From Lytechinus pictus (taxonomy: Eukaryota), in NCBI RefSeq assembly GCF_037042905.1, contig NC_087258.1:7378001-7442000 (forward strand): a DNA stretch of 64,000 bases, read 5' to 3'. How positions within the stretch are numbered: position 1 is the first letter of the stretch; the number at the start of each line of letters is the position of its first letter. The notes beneath the pieces were generated by a model that saw nothing but the letters and a program-made list of their open reading frames with translations, ran no database searches and was not told where the DNA came from. Both the position numbers and the translations under genes were made by a program. Below, in pieces: positions 1 through 13,714 of the stretch.

Positions 1-519
1 TGGATTTTCATGAATTTGTAAATATATTTCAGTGTCGGTAATTACCGAGCACGTTTTCATCACGTTAGACTCTGCCGGCTTACAGAATTCTAAAGAAAGT
101 AATACTTTTAAATACTTTTAATCATATGCTTGACAGCTTCTTATCTGTTCTAATTTCGTAAACATTAAAAAAAAATGCTATGTAGTATATAAAAGCTCCA
201 TGTTTATCAGAACTCTCTTCTTTGTATTTATTTTGATAGAGATTTCAAAGGAAAAGTGGATATTAAGTACACGGTAAACCCATTTTCTTTTTTTTTCTAA
301 CGGTCACAATTGCTTAAAACGCCTTTTGTCTGATAAGATTTTGCACGGACTTAAAGTGCATGTGTAAGTAGGACTTTTCTTTTAAATGTTTAGTTTTAAA
401 ATCAGGCCAACGGAGATTAGGAACTAACTAATCTAATATTATCCCGAATAATGCAAGGATTATTTCAAACGGTGCCGCCGTGTTTGAATAATGCATGAAA
501 GACCTCGCAAGATTGGAAG

Positions 520-840
520 AATAAATTTCGGAAACGGGGATATGATAGAGAAAGGCATATAATGGGATGAAAAGAGAGTATTCAAATAAAGAGAGAGTGA
601 GAGAAAGGGAGAGAGAGGGAGGAACAGATGGGAAGAGAGAAAGAAAGCAAGAGAAAAAGAGGAGGAGGGGCACACACAACCATACATACCCGTAAAAAAT
701 ACACCACATTCACAAACGCACCAGAACACACACATACATCACGCACACGCACGCACACCGTCACATAAGAGATGGAGAAAGAGAGAGGAAGAATATGACA
801 GAGGGGGGGGGGGGGGAGAGAGAGAGGGAAAATGAGGGGG
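520..840 (+). repeat. purine-rich (GA)n / (CA)n / poly-G low-complexity tract
   Basis: gagagagtgagagaaaggga..., acacacac and a long G run; explains the spurious minus-strand ORFs at 428-881. Confidence 0.9.
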
Positions 841-1846
841 CATATACAGTAAATCAACACTGCTTGGTGAATTTTTGTCAATAAAATTTGTACAGATCAG
901 GATATTAATCACTTGATGAAACCGTCAATTTATCAACCTACAATTACAACATAGCCAATAAAGATTTGAGTCGCTGCTACCTAAGTACACCATTTGTTAT
1001 ACGTCGTCCTACTTTTAAAATATCAACAAAAAAGAGAAACTTTTAATCATTCATATTAATGAGAAAGCATCTGAAGGCTCTTAAACCAGGCCAACATTTC
1101 GATATTTAGACTATACATGTCTGTCTCCCCATGGTGTATCTATCAACTAATTGTGTAAGATAAACAGACGCCCCTAAGCTGTCAAACATCGTTAGTCCCA
1201 AAACCGATCGGAGAATTTCACCACCATCGCTCTACCCTCACCCGATGACAGCTATTCCGTTTAACTGTACTCTGGTCCCAGGCATTGATTTTGATGTATG
1301 TAACATCTTACCACGGTCCCACCTATTGAATGTGATGTATGTTCTGTGTCGCGTCGATACGCAAAGCAAACAGGCCCCTAAGCATTAGCTTTGAAGCGGG
1401 TAGCCGTAAATAAAACACTGAGACGACAGTGGTATGTGGGATATAAAAAATATGTTCAGCAGATGGACTTTAAACAGGTATCGGTAATGAACGTGTCCCA
1501 TAGAGACTAGTTAGGCCTGCTGGAACAAGAAAGTGATTTTTTTTATATATATATTACAGGAAGAACACTAATAGGTCATGAAAACATCTAAGAGAAACAG
1601 ATAGCTTGTAATCAGAGTTTAAAAATCGGATAAGATATTTTCTTAGATTAACCAGAAAACAAGATCTGATTGTTTCAACCAATTAGTTTCATTATGAAAG
1701 TTTTTTCCTCTTCTCGAATGAGAGGGAAAAGGCGCAATCTGCCTTGGTGAAAATCTTGGAGTTTAAGCCAAGAGGGGATGGGGGGGGGGGGGGGGGGCGT
1801 GGAGGGGGCATGTATGAATATCCCGCATGACTACTTATGCTGCACT

Positions 1847-1983
1847 GGACGGCTTTCATGAAGAAACTTGTTAGTGATCACCACTGACAATTACTTTAAT
1901 AGGCCAATCACAATTCAGAATTCACTTGCGCACAACAGCTTGTAAGAAGACAACATTGGTCACAGCTTGTTTCGTGAACCACT
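1847..1983. mobile_element. degenerate short MITE (tttcatgaa...ttcgtgaa family with internal CCAAT)
   Basis: imperfect terminal inversion; the internal agtgat..cac..acaatta..ccaatca..ttca..gattt/aattt block is shared with the copy at 32030-32165. Confidence 0.5.
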
Positions 1984-2626
1984 CAAAATACTACGGCCAT
2001 GACAATGACACATCAAACATAAATGCGCCATAGCTTTACAAAGAAGAATGAGCTGTTAAAAGCGTTCCTCCGTTTGTCATGATATGAAGCCTTAAGTGCG
2101 CCAGAGAGTCACACTGTCTAACCAAACCATCTTATATACTATGTTGATTTAGCGATGTTCAAGGCTTCTTATTGCGCCCCAAATGACAAATCCCCTTTGT
2201 GACGTCAGCATCGCCCTCGATATATCTGACCCACTTTCTCCCCCGGCTCATTAATGTTGACAAACGTCGGCAAAACACATAAGAAGTTTGTGAAAATGAT
2301 AGTTATTTTATTGGCCTTGTGGGATCATTATTCCTTTCCTCCTAGTTTCCAGCGATATTGGATATGCTCGGTTGTGAATCACTTGGATATATTTTGACAT
2401 GGAGAGCGACGGTGTACTTTGGTGAAGGTCACTCATCTTGACACAACGATTTCTTATCTAAATTTGTTTATTTTCTTCATCATTTCTTTTTTTTGTTACG
2501 TAAAAGAATTCTTTTCCCTACGAAAATGGCATTTCTGTTCTTGATGGCACGCAGGCATAAAAAGACGTTATAATTGGCCATTACTTCGGTCTAACAGGTC
2601 AAGCTAAAATAATGAAATTTGAATAA

Positions 2627-2758
2627 NNNNNNNNNNNNNNNNNNNNNNNNNNNNNNNNNNNNNNNNNNNNNNNNNNNNNNNNNNNNNNNNNNNNNNNNNN
2701 NNNNNNNNNNNNNNNNNNNNNNNNNNNNNNNNNNNNNNNNNNNNNNNNNNNNNNNNNN
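2627..2758. other. assembly gap / masked run (132 N)
   Basis: run of n. Confidence 0.99.
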
Positions 2759-2765
2759 ACATATA

Positions 2766-3761
2766 CAGTGCGTATCAAAAAAAAGTTTACACTTTGAAAA
2801 ATCCCTGAGAACTAAAAAATATACAACATGTGGGTAATTATTTCACATATATTCTTGGGTATGGGTCTCATCTTTTCAATGAAAGTAAAATTTTTGACAG
2901 AATGTTACACTTGAGTGAGCACTGTCCATTTTTGTAAAGCTCGCGGAAATCTGTTTGCGCAGAAATGCTCGTTTTCACGCTGTGTCAAGGGGAAAACGCG
3001 AAATCAAACTTACCCTGCGAAACATTTCTCATACATTTCCCTTGCACTTTTAGTCAATTGAAATAAAACGGATACATTCAAGCATTTTGTAACAATTTTG
3101 CCACCCAAATTGAAATTTCAACACTTAGTAAGCACAACCTTTACCCTTTTCGTGCCAGCTGGATCTTAGGACATAACTGAATCTAAACAAGTGTTTATAT
3201 CAGACATCTCCAGCATTTTTTCACCAAGTTTTTATCATTTAAAGAGAGTTTACATTTCGTTTTTTATTTAATACTTGTTTTCTCCACATTTTTCCCAAGC
3301 TTGACAATAATTAACAAAATGAAAAATCAAGCCAAAGCCATTTCATGTAAATCACAACTCAGTGTAAAGCAAATATCGTCACGATGGCCTCGATGTGTGC
3401 GGGAGTAGGGTGGGTCGCAGTGCACTCTTCGAAGTGTTTTGGACAAACATGGCAAAGAACAAGTTAAAAAAGGTAAAAGATATCTTGAAATAAAATTTTC
3501 TAGCTAAATTCTATGTTTTCTTCATGATTTAGGTCTACTTTTATTCGCGTAACTATTTCAAAGTTCTGCGCAAATCATTTTCACTAACTTTTCAAAAGTA
3601 AGTGGTGCTCACTCAAGCGGAAATATTTTTCGACAGTTATATCGTCATTTGCTTGAGTGGATCTATACCAATCTTAAAATGTGGAAAAATCTTCAGGATA
3701 TTACAAATGTATAATTTTACAGGATTTTTTCTAAGTGTAAACTTTTTTTTGATACGCACTG
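2766..3761. mobile_element. non-autonomous Tc1/mariner-type DNA transposon (~1 kb)
   Basis: TIR CAGTGCGTATCAAAAAAAAGTTTACACTT / AAGTGTAAACTTTTTTTTGATACGCACTG with TA on both sides (2764-65, 3762-63); the inversion extends imperfectly (ttgagtgagcac / gtgctcactcaa; tttgcgcagaa / ttctgcgcaaa); no transposase ORF. Confidence 0.92.
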
Positions 3762-4195
3762 TATAACCACCTGTCTATGTATATCTACCCAAGGTTTCCC
3801 TCTTTCAGGGTATGTTTTTTCTCCTGTTTCTTCTCTCTCTCCCTCCCTCTTTCTCTCCCTCGTATATCTCTATCTCCCTTACTATCATCAGTAGCTTAAA
3901 ATTCATAATGATAATAAAAAAATGTCTTAGAATTTTCAGGGTCATGTTATCTCTTGGTCACGAATTTACAAAGTTTCGGAGATTTGCCTGCTATAGAAGC
4001 TTTACCAATTGCTCGTATAGTCATGCACAATTCCCGATTAAACTTCATGGAGCAGCTCGAAAATCTAACATTATTATTAATTTAGAGACATCTAAAGTAG
4101 ATGTGAACTTTACAGATACCCCTGCTCCCGATCTAGAGGCATCTGGCCCGCCGAACAACTCAATGCATGTCTTCATTCATTTATTTAGCTATAAT

Positions 4196-4398
4196 NNNNN
4201 NNNNNNNNNNNNNNNNNNNNNNNNNNNNNNNNNNNNNNNNNNNNNNNNNNNNNNNNNNNNNNNNNNNNNNNNNNNNNNNNNNNNNNNNNNNNNNNNNNNN
4301 NNNNNNNNNNNNNNNNNNNNNNNNNNNNNNNNNNNNNNNNNNNNNNNNNNNNNNNNNNNNNNNNNNNNNNNNNNNNNNNNNNNNNNNNNNNNNNNNNN
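4196..4398. other. assembly gap / masked run (203 N)
   Basis: run of n. Confidence 0.99.
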
Positions 4399-6255
4399 AC
4401 ATGCATATACACATTTATTAACTTATTCATTTTGGAATCATTACCATCATTTTAACTTAATTTATTTATCTATTATCATTTTTTTTTTGGGGGGGGGCGG
4501 GGCACCACCCTATCTCTACACATCCTTATTGTGTAAGGTCATGATACTGTCTAGAGAATATCTGATTTTTCAAACATAAAAAAAAAAATCCAAGGGGGTT
4601 GGGTAGTTTGAATTCTCCCCATACACTGACAGAACGCGAGGGATAAAGCATAAACAAGGGTGATAAACATTCAAACACCACTAATTTTTTGTTTCCGGTT
4701 TGGGAAATCTGAGGTATCAGACGCGTGTATTCATGGTATGTTTGAAAGGAGTTTAGAAAACTGAAGATTATGAGCTCACGTTGTATTTGTTGTGCTAATG
4801 TGGTTGCTGCTTCACGAAAAATTCTGAATTTCATAGAGCAACGGTAAGGTTTATTCCCTCCTGGCTTATGGCAAGAAATCTCCGCACTAGTCCTATATCG
4901 ATCGCTCAGAAATGGTACAAACTCATTTCTAATGAACCTGCCTGTATTTAACAATAGACCGCAAATTGTCGTTTTTGATGCTTGCGGGCAAGATGAACTG
5001 CTAATTGCTCACAACTTTGAGATCTCATTTACCCTAAACATGAAACAAAATTTAGGACGTCCTATCAACCGGTGGCTACCTAGGTTTCAAGAGGGATTGA
5101 AAACCCGCAATTTGCAGTGCGATTTCTCACGTTATGGCTGAATATCATATGAATAAACGTACGAAAATGATATCAATATATTCCTTCAACTATGTTCATG
5201 ATTATGGATTATTGCTTTTAAGTTCACGCTACTATTAATCTGGGATAGTCTGTCCCCTTTCTTACATGAAGTAATAGACGCATAAACATCTTTCGCACCC
5301 GAACGTAAACAAAACATTGAAAAACATTATTTAACTCGCGATGATAAACCACGGATTACATGGTTTTCGATTGGCGATATTCTTTGAGTGTAATCAGGGC
5401 CTAAACATGACGTTTTAGATTGAGATGAGTCTTCATACACGGAAAGAGGTTAGTTAGAGAAAACATAACATATTAATTGTATCATACGAATGTAGGCATA
5501 CCAGGTCTGGGAAAAGATAGCGGGAATTGTTTATCTGGAGCTCCGCGGAAATTAGTAATATTGCCGGTCCAACCGAGGATGAACAATTCCTATCATTTTT
5601 TTCTCGAGACAAACGCCTAGCATATTGTGTTTTATTCTTCAATTCTTCATGTCTGAATGATTGGTTTGGTTTGGTTTTATTTACCGTATAAAAATCACAA
5701 TAAAATACATTTCACAGGATATTAGTCAACATGCACATAAAAATGTACGGATGGATCACTCTATTCAGAGCCATTGATATAATGGCTATGTTCTTCCTAG
5801 AGGTCCAGTCAATAAACCTCAGTAATTTAGCACTAGTTGGTCCACATGCCCATTCTAGACCAAATTCATTGAGTCCCTTTGCTTAGCGGAATTTGATATT
5901 TGTCTCCGCCGTCACATCACAAGGGTTGCCCGGTAGATACAACTGGCTTCTCGGCGTAATCGAGACTCAGCGAAGTTTCGAATATTTGTCACTATTTTAC
6001 CTGTGTAGAAATTCGCATGCTCAATTCTAGCACAGATTTTCCCCGAGAATTTTTTTTATATTTTATTACTTTGACCAATCGTGTATATAGAATGCTCGTG
6101 AATATACATAAAAGTGATATCAATTCTATCACATGAATCATTGTTATTCATATTATACCACCCATACAAACGTATTGTCCGATATCTACTTTTCTTATAC
6201 ATTGGAAGAACATGTTTACCGATTTTCCTTCTGTGTTGTGACTGCAGCCAGACTA

Positions 6256-6492
6256 CACTCTAAAAATATAGGGTAAAAGTGCTCCATGAGAAATATGTGT
6301 CTAACCAACATTGGGCATTTCTTTTGGGCATTTTTATCTATTTTGCCCATTTTAAAGTTATTGCTGCTTATTTTTTTTAACCTTACTGGACAATATGCTT
6401 CCCGCATTGGGTAAAATACTGCCCCAAATTGGATGGACACAGTCATTATTACCCTCGTGCTGGTTACAATTTTATCCAATATTTTTACAGTG
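6256..6492. mobile_element. TA-flanked MITE (CACT.TAAAAA termini)
   Basis: ta|CACTCTAAAAATATAGGGTAAA ... TTTATCCAATATTTTTACAGTG|ta. Confidence 0.8.
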
Positions 6493-7378
6493 TACATGGA
6501 TCAGGAATGACCTATATTACCCGGCACCATAATAATCAAAATGTCTCTTTTCAGAGAGCCTTTGTGATTCGAATGACCCCTTTAAATTTACGAGGGATAA
6601 CCAGGCCATGCATTTCAGCCTCTGAAGGAGTTGGTCACTTATTAACGTCAAGCCGAGACGCGGTAGGTAAATATTTCTTCTCATTAAACCCCAAACATTA
6701 AGGAAACAAGGTGGGTAAATATCACTCGGCAGCTTGCTCCTTATTCCAGTCTCATGTGATCAATAACCAATTTGATATTGTTATTAAGACTGCGTCGATA
6801 TAAATGTCAGTAAACGGAGAATGTGGTCATGTAAAAGATTGAGGCGTTCCATAGTTTGGACGTCATGCGAAGAAATGACTTTGCTATGTTTGTGTATTAC
6901 TTTGTCTGAAATTGTCACGATTGAATTGTGTGACTGTGAATGTGTCCCCATACTATGCCTGTATATTTTATGAACATGTTATGATTCAATATCATAAAAA
7001 TGAAATAGTAGACGGCAAACGGTGTTACATCTCATATATTTTGATGGTGTAACGTAACTATGATTTTCCAGATTTTGCGTAAAAGGGGCCTTGTTCTACT
7101 TTATTCGAGAACATGATATGTAAGTGATTTCGAAAAAAAGATGTACTTTGGAATGCAAAGAGGGAAGTTATTAGAAAGGCCATTCTATACCCGCTTTTTT
7201 GAAAAAAAAAAAACCGGATGAAAGATGTCTGAAAATGTTCTTGAAACACTGCTCTATATCTATATAGGGATGAATTCTGGGTTGCGGAAACAGTACGGTC
7301 ACACAAACTGAAGGATGAGTTGTTATTTTCATGGTGTCCTGTAGACACGAAAAAAAAGAAAAAAAATTAGAGAAAATT

Positions 7379-7484
7379 AAATAATAATAATAATAATAGG
7401 CCTTTATATAGCGCCATCTTTCTAGAAATATTCTATTCCGAGGCGCGTTGTTATTATTATTATTACCCCGGCTTTAGCTCGAGC
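7379..7484 (-). mobile_element. 3' fragment of a SINE with L2-like tail
   Basis: minus strand reads ...ggcgctatataaaggcct-(att)n; the aggcgc..ttattac..ggct block resembles the SINE at 23152-23433. Confidence 0.6.
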
Positions 7485-10400
7485 TTAATTAAACAGAACT
7501 TATGTTTCGCCATGTGTGTAGATAAACCTGAGATAAAAATTGAAATACAAGAATTTAAACGGAGCAACAGTTTTCATGCTCATGCAAAATACTTATGTCG
7601 ATATATATTTTTTTTACCCACCCCATAATTATTCTAATATTGACAGAAAGACTGATTGCATATCGAGCCCCCATCTTTTTCATTTTGTGAACGTTTGGTA
7701 TTTCTTAATCAAAGGTATACATGGTAATATAGGTTGTTTGTTCTCCAATAATTAAACATCGACGAAAGCGCGACCAAGATGTTGAGCTGATTTTAATTGG
7801 AAAATAGAAAAGGCCAATTCTTTAGATAAAACACTGGATAAGCGCTTTAATTAGAACCCGAATCCAGAGTGGTCGTAATATTATACGAGCTTGTAGTGCG
7901 TGCTATCAGTAGTCGTTCTTGATGAAGGAAACCCCACAGGGATCACTTATTGAGTTCTACCTTTGGTTTTTAATGGCTCGCTCTTCACTATCTTCTGCTA
8001 CAGTCACATTGATGAATCCGACCCCAAATAACCGATGGTATTGCATTGGGAGAAATGTAATACATAATAGTCGGTTTCACAGGTGTGTTTGAGGCATTTT
8101 GTCGAGTAACTCGCTATCTTTGCCCAACGATACCCGCAACGAAGGTAATCAATCTCGTTATCGTCGTTCGGGGTTGGTTACGGCGATATGCGTTTACTTT
8201 CATACCACGGTCACACTTCCACAAACCTATTGCAGCAATGAAGTTAATTTCCGCTTTTCACCCTTTCCTATCTATTCACACACAATTCATTGGCAGTTTT
8301 TATTTTAAGAAATTGTTTGAAAATTTGCCTAGGTTTCTTAATTCTCTCATATCCTTGATAATGGGATTCAAATGTCATCTACGAATAAATGCACCCTGTA
8401 TATGCCTTCGGTTTGGAAATATGAAGCTGAAAGCGTGTTAAGAATATAACACCGCCACGTACTGAGATTATCAGATAGGCGCGTATCCCCTATTTTGTTA
8501 ATAAAGGGGAGCATTAAAACATCCGAAGAGGAAATCACTACTAGATGTAAAAAAAACACATACCATTCTTTGAAAATGGGGCGAATTCGAACCCTTTAGT
8601 CCCGTATTTGGAACCCTCGAGAAAAAAGGGTTCCCCCAAAGATTCTTTAAGTGCTCATGATCCTTGAAGCCGAGTTCCTGTTAGCCCGAAATTCTAAACT
8701 TATAAACTTTGCATAGTATTGGGCAAAAACCTTTTTACTGTTCATTCCTCTCAGTATTCTCGCGCTGAGAATTATTTGTCGCATGTTTATTAAGTGTATC
8801 ATAAATAATATTGATATCAGCATTATTATCATTATTGGCATTATCCATTCTGTATGGCATTGAATTGTATTAAAGACTTGGCCTTGAGCATAAGTATGAC
8901 CACAACATACGGTAAATACTGCTTTCGAACAGTCGGGACAGTTCCAAGTGTCGACTCTAACGATTCATTATTCAAAGTTTACGATATAAATGGCATTTGA
9001 TGCTAAATGTTAGAGGCGCGTCAGAGAGGAGCTGAGCTATGATCGTGACATTTTCAGACGTCACTTTCTCTCATTGTTTTGAGAAGTGACTGTTTTAATA
9101 ACGTGTCCTAGGCCGAGGGTTTTATTTTTTCTCCGCGATTCCCGCTGTGTTCATCGTTGGTAGCGAAATCTGACGACACCGGTAAATGGTTGGAGAGCGA
9201 TCGCTCTAAATGGCGGGGCGCTTCCTGTATTTTGTCGATTTCAAAGGGCAACACCACTGTTAACATAAAAAGAAGCGAGATCTCATGAAACTCCCGTATA
9301 GATTTAAAGAAATCGAAATGAACCAAACGTGAGCTCTTAGATGACTTATACAATAACCCGGAAAGCGTTACATCTCCCCCGATGTCGTAATTGCTGACGA
9401 CCGGAACCCATTGACATCTTGTTATTCTTTTATACTCTGTTCTTGGGCTCTTTTCATATAATTAAACATATGGTAACTTTGCAATTGTATGGATTCCTTG
9501 CAATTCACAAAAATTTCAAAGGTATCATCGATCTTTATGAAAAGGGCACAAATCTTAAGTATGAAAACGTAGGACCAACAGGAAGTTAAACATATAGAAA
9601 GATACAAATTACTCCATATTCTTGGAAGTTTTCTTTCAAGGTCTGACACAGACTTCTGTTACATTTCAATTCAATTCAAATCAATTGTTTATTTCATTTC
9701 AATTCAAACATAATAAGAAGTAATATAAATCGGAAATAGTTTAAAGATCAACATTCTTACCTCATAAAAAACAGTATAAACATGATAAACTTGAGTATAA
9801 ATGGAAATGGGGGAGGGGTGTTCAATAAAAGCAATGCTTGTAAAGTGTGGATACCCCCTTGGAAATGAAAAAAAAAGAGAAAATTGTCGACTTAATCATA
9901 ATGCGTACAATACAGGAAAGAAAAAGAGAGAAGGAACGAAAAGGTGGAAATCAGATTGATGTAAACATATTTTAAATTACTGACTAGATGCAGGGCTAGT
10001 CACTAATTTACTCTTAACTAAACAGTCGATTATATTCCTGTTGTTAAGAATTTCTATTGGGTCAATTTATCTCTGTGTAATGGGAGAGAGGAGGTTTTGA
10101 AGGCCCTATTAAAACTGTGTTGTATAAGATCATGTATACAATTATGTAGACCTTTATGATATTCCCCTAGACAGAAATACGTAAATATTATTCATTTTGG
10201 TTTTAACGATAAACACCCACTATGGGCGAATGAAAGGCGCTACATGGCGCTCATCTTACCGTGATTTTGACATATTATTTTGACCATAAATACCTGAACG
10301 TGTCGAAGCCATAGAGGGGACGTATGATGGAGCCTTATGTCGCAGCTGTGCCTATCACCCAATTATCGATTGTGACATTGGCTGCCTTGTCGTGGTTTAA

Positions 10401-10568
10401 GTGTCGAATGAATGACATGTTCTATCCAGGTCATATGGTAATTGGAACGTTTTGGTCGTCGATGAAACAACACATGCTGATTATGTGATATTTTATAGAG
10501 ATCCGTTCTCGTTTCTGATTGGTGTTAGATTACGCGATGGTGGGACGTGAGAGAGATGTTATGAGAGC

Positions 10569-10670
10569 GAAGAAGAAGAAGAAGAAAAAGAAGAAGAAGT
10601 AGTAGAAGAAGAAGATGAGGAAGAAGAAGAAGAAATGAAGAAGAAGAAGAAGCAAAAGAAGAAGAGAGAA
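10569..10670 (+). repeat. (GAA)n microsatellite
   Basis: gaagaagaag... tract. Confidence 0.95.
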
Positions 10671-11111
10671 GGTTAATAATTATTGGCAACCGGGGACCGA
10701 CAGCTTGGTAAATTAAAGAAACATATAAAAAGGCTTAAGCAATATGATTTTTTTATTTATTTGTTTGTAGTTTTAGAGAGAAGAGAGTGCTTTAGTGCTT
10801 AACAACCATATAACGAATGAAATAAAGATCAAATTAAAACAAGAAATGATGTACAAATATTTCTATATGCAACGAATTCAGAACTGAGGAATGAAGCATG
10901 GCAATGGCGCCGGACACAACAATAAACTATTGGATGAAATATGAAGACCTAAAAGTAGGTCTTCGTTCCCTTCCGGAGACGTTTAATATTAAATTTGAGG
11001 TTAACTTGTGGGACACAATGACATGTGCCCTTCAAAACCAGTTTACAAACCCATGAATATTTGAAATTGCACTTTGAGGTCTCAACTATCGGATGTAGGA
11101 GATATCTTTAT

Positions 11112-11343
11112 GCTACGGTCACATCAACGAAACAGACGCCAAACTGACCGATGATATCCGATCCGAAATAACGTAATAGCTTTGATCGGTCTTGAGTCGG
11201 TTTATTGATGATACTGTATAAGATAGTCCATGTAACAGTCACGTCAATGAAACCGACGCCACGCCGACCGATAATATACCATTCAAAGTGAGTAGTAATT
11301 GCTTTGATCGTTGTGCAGTCGGTTTCGTTGGTGTAACCGTATG
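11112..11343. mobile_element. two adjacent copies of an old ~115-bp hairpin MITE family
   Basis: gtcacatcaacgaaac..accgat..gctttgatcg..gtcggttt..tg(a/g)tg repeated twice; relatives at ~36532, ~61044 and ~63951. Confidence 0.7.
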
Positions 11344-11619
11344 CTTTAACCGTAATCCCGCATAATGTTCGTGGTTGTCATTTTTATAACTTGTTTACAA
11401 CTGTCATCCGTCTGTGATATCCATATGGCTAAGTATTATTTATTCAGTTCCTCTGAAACCACACAAAATTTGCTGACGTAAGGAGTTCATGGAAGAACTG
11501 ATTTTTTCCCGACTTTTACCAATGGTGAGGGGATGATACTTACACAGAATAAAGAAAACGAGGAGAAGATTTTTTTTAAATGTAATTATCAAATGGATCC
11601 AATATTGATGGGCCCTAGA

Positions 11620-12273
11620 CTAGGGGGCGGCGGGGGGGGGGGGGGGGCAAGTTCCCCAAACTTCTAAGGGTGGGAGGGCTTGTGTTTCGTTTTTTTTATC
11701 CACTATTTTTGTTTACTTACAATCCTATCCGCATACTAACGTTCCCAAATGTCTAACAATGATAAAAACGTTCCTTTTCAGGTCTGGATATAAACAAATT
11801 TCGGCTCGCGCTTCGCGCTCGCATTATCTCAGTAGTGAGATTCATATCCTCTTGTGAATTTCTTTACAAAATCCTTTAAATATTCCTCTTGCATGCCACT
11901 GTATCAGAAATTCTAGCGGGTGCATCGCGACCACATTAAGTGCTTAACGGTAGTTAGCTATGACTTCATTATTTTCATGCATGATTACAAAAAGTTTATA
12001 TAATGCCTGGTTCTTACTTTTTTTATTTTCGAACATTTCAGCTCGTGCTTTGCATTATCATTATTTGGGTCTTATGAGATACATTTTTGAAATTTATACA
12101 AAGATTGATGAATTATCAATGCTCAAGATGGAACTAAACAGAGTGAAATAGCATAACTAGAAAGGGAGATGCTGGGGAATATAACAATATAATTGGGAAT
12201 ATTAAAAAAAAATTGGAAAGCAGACGAGGTGTTGTGCCCCCCAAAAAAGCTCAAGTTCGGAGTGACGCCAATG
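11620..12273. mobile_element. degenerate hAT-like non-autonomous element fragment with GCTCGCGCTTCGCGCTCGC motif
   Basis: the motif at ~11804-11822 is the reverse complement of the one repeated in the 20172-20918 element; ends gacgccaatg, like that element's TIR. Confidence 0.45.
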
Positions 12274-12584
12274 TTTTTATTTTTTACGGCTCGATGCCTC
12301 CAATCATGCTTCTAACAATCAATCCGGGCAATCAATGACAAGTAACACAGTGAGCCACTGCAGTTTTTTCGCCCTTTTTTCGCCGTTTTGTGTGTTATAA
12401 CCTATGGGAAATTCAAAGTTGCAGTTTTTTCGCCGTTTTGAAAACGGCTAGAAAAGGGCGAAGAAAGGGAGAATTTTTGGAGAAAAAACGGCCAAAAAAC
12501 GGCTACATTAGGTTTCCTATGTAAACCTTGAATTATTATGGAGTGCCATCATTGTTCAATATAAGCGGAGCTATTGATTTCCCC

Positions 12585-13125
12585 ATGAAAACGGCGAGAA
12601 AACGGCGAATGTTAAGGACAAGGATCCTGTTAGAGGAGTGAAGATACTGAGAGAAAACGGCTAATAAACGGAGACAAAAGGGCGAGAAAATGGAGACAAA
12701 AGGGCGAATGGGTAGTAAGGCGTGTGTTGCATAAAACGGAGAGAAAAGGGCGAGAAAACGGAGAGAAAAGGGCGAATGGGTAGTAAGGCGTGCAGTGCAT
12801 AAACGGAGAGAAGAGGGTGAATGGGTCCCAAAGAGTGCATTGCAAGAAACGGAGAGAAAATGGCGGGAAAACAGAGAGAAAAGAAAAAAAAACAGAGAAA
12901 GGGCAGATGAGTAGTAAGAGGTGAGAGCATGAAACAAAGAAAAACAAAGGTTAGAAAAAAAAAGGGCTAATGGGTAGTATGAAGTGCATTGCATAAATGG
13001 GAGAAAAGGGGCGAGAAAACTGAGACGAAATGGTGAATTAGTAAGAAGTGCATTGCATAAAATTGCTTTAAAATGTGAAAATGTGTGATATATGCATTGA
13101 GAAAAAGCGACTAAAAAACGTAGAA
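12585..13125 (+). repeat. left subterminal tandem array (~60-70-bp units, AAAACGGAGAGAAAAGGGCGAATGGGTAGTAAG...TGCAT)
   Basis: several progressively degenerating units. Confidence 0.85.
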
Positions 13126-13714
13126 TATATATTTGCAATATTTCTATAAACTTAAGATTTTCTTAAGAACTCCTTTTGGAAATAAGCTCTAGTTTTCATG
13201 GGTAATATTTAATAATAATTCTCATTTTCATTCATGTAAAAAAAAAATTGTTATTTTACTCTCGGGGGGGGGGGGGGAGGGGGGTTAGGCCTTCTTTCAT
13301 TAATCTTATTTACATATTGTATAGGCCTACTACATTCATTGTTTTATTTCAACATTTTTTATATTTCATGTGGACTTTGATAAAATGTCAATCAGATGAA
13401 AATAAAATTTAATTGAATTGGATTGACACTTCTTGAATACTTCATTCTTTACTCTTATTTTCTCTTCTTCATGGGCGGGAACCCGAGGGGGACGCGTCCC
13501 TCACTTTTTGGAAAGGGGGACATAATATCAAATCCCCCTCTTTGTGATCTTTTATGATGGAGAACAATAAATCATTCAAAGTCGAATGTAGTTAAAGAGC
13601 TTAAATTTGCCCTATTTACTAAAAAATGCAAAATTTCTAGCGCCGAATATTGGCACGCAGGTTGTCTGGGACATAATCTACAAAATTGTATCGTAATTTA
13701 TTTCATGCAACTCC

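Noticed and set aside
3812-4579. 255-aa ORF and other X-containing ORFs
   Set aside because: Open only because they cross N gaps and CT-rich low-complexity DNA.
12346-12385. V(D)J recombination signal or RAG/Transib transposon end
   Set aside because: The heptamer CACAGTG is present, but there is no ACAAAAACC nonamer at 12/23 spacing, the 5-bp flanks (agtaa / taata) do not match, and no RAG/Transib ORF is seen.
12536-13138. 200-aa minus-strand ORF and overlapping ORFs
   Set aside because: Translation of the subterminal tandem array; repetitive F/S/L/P content.
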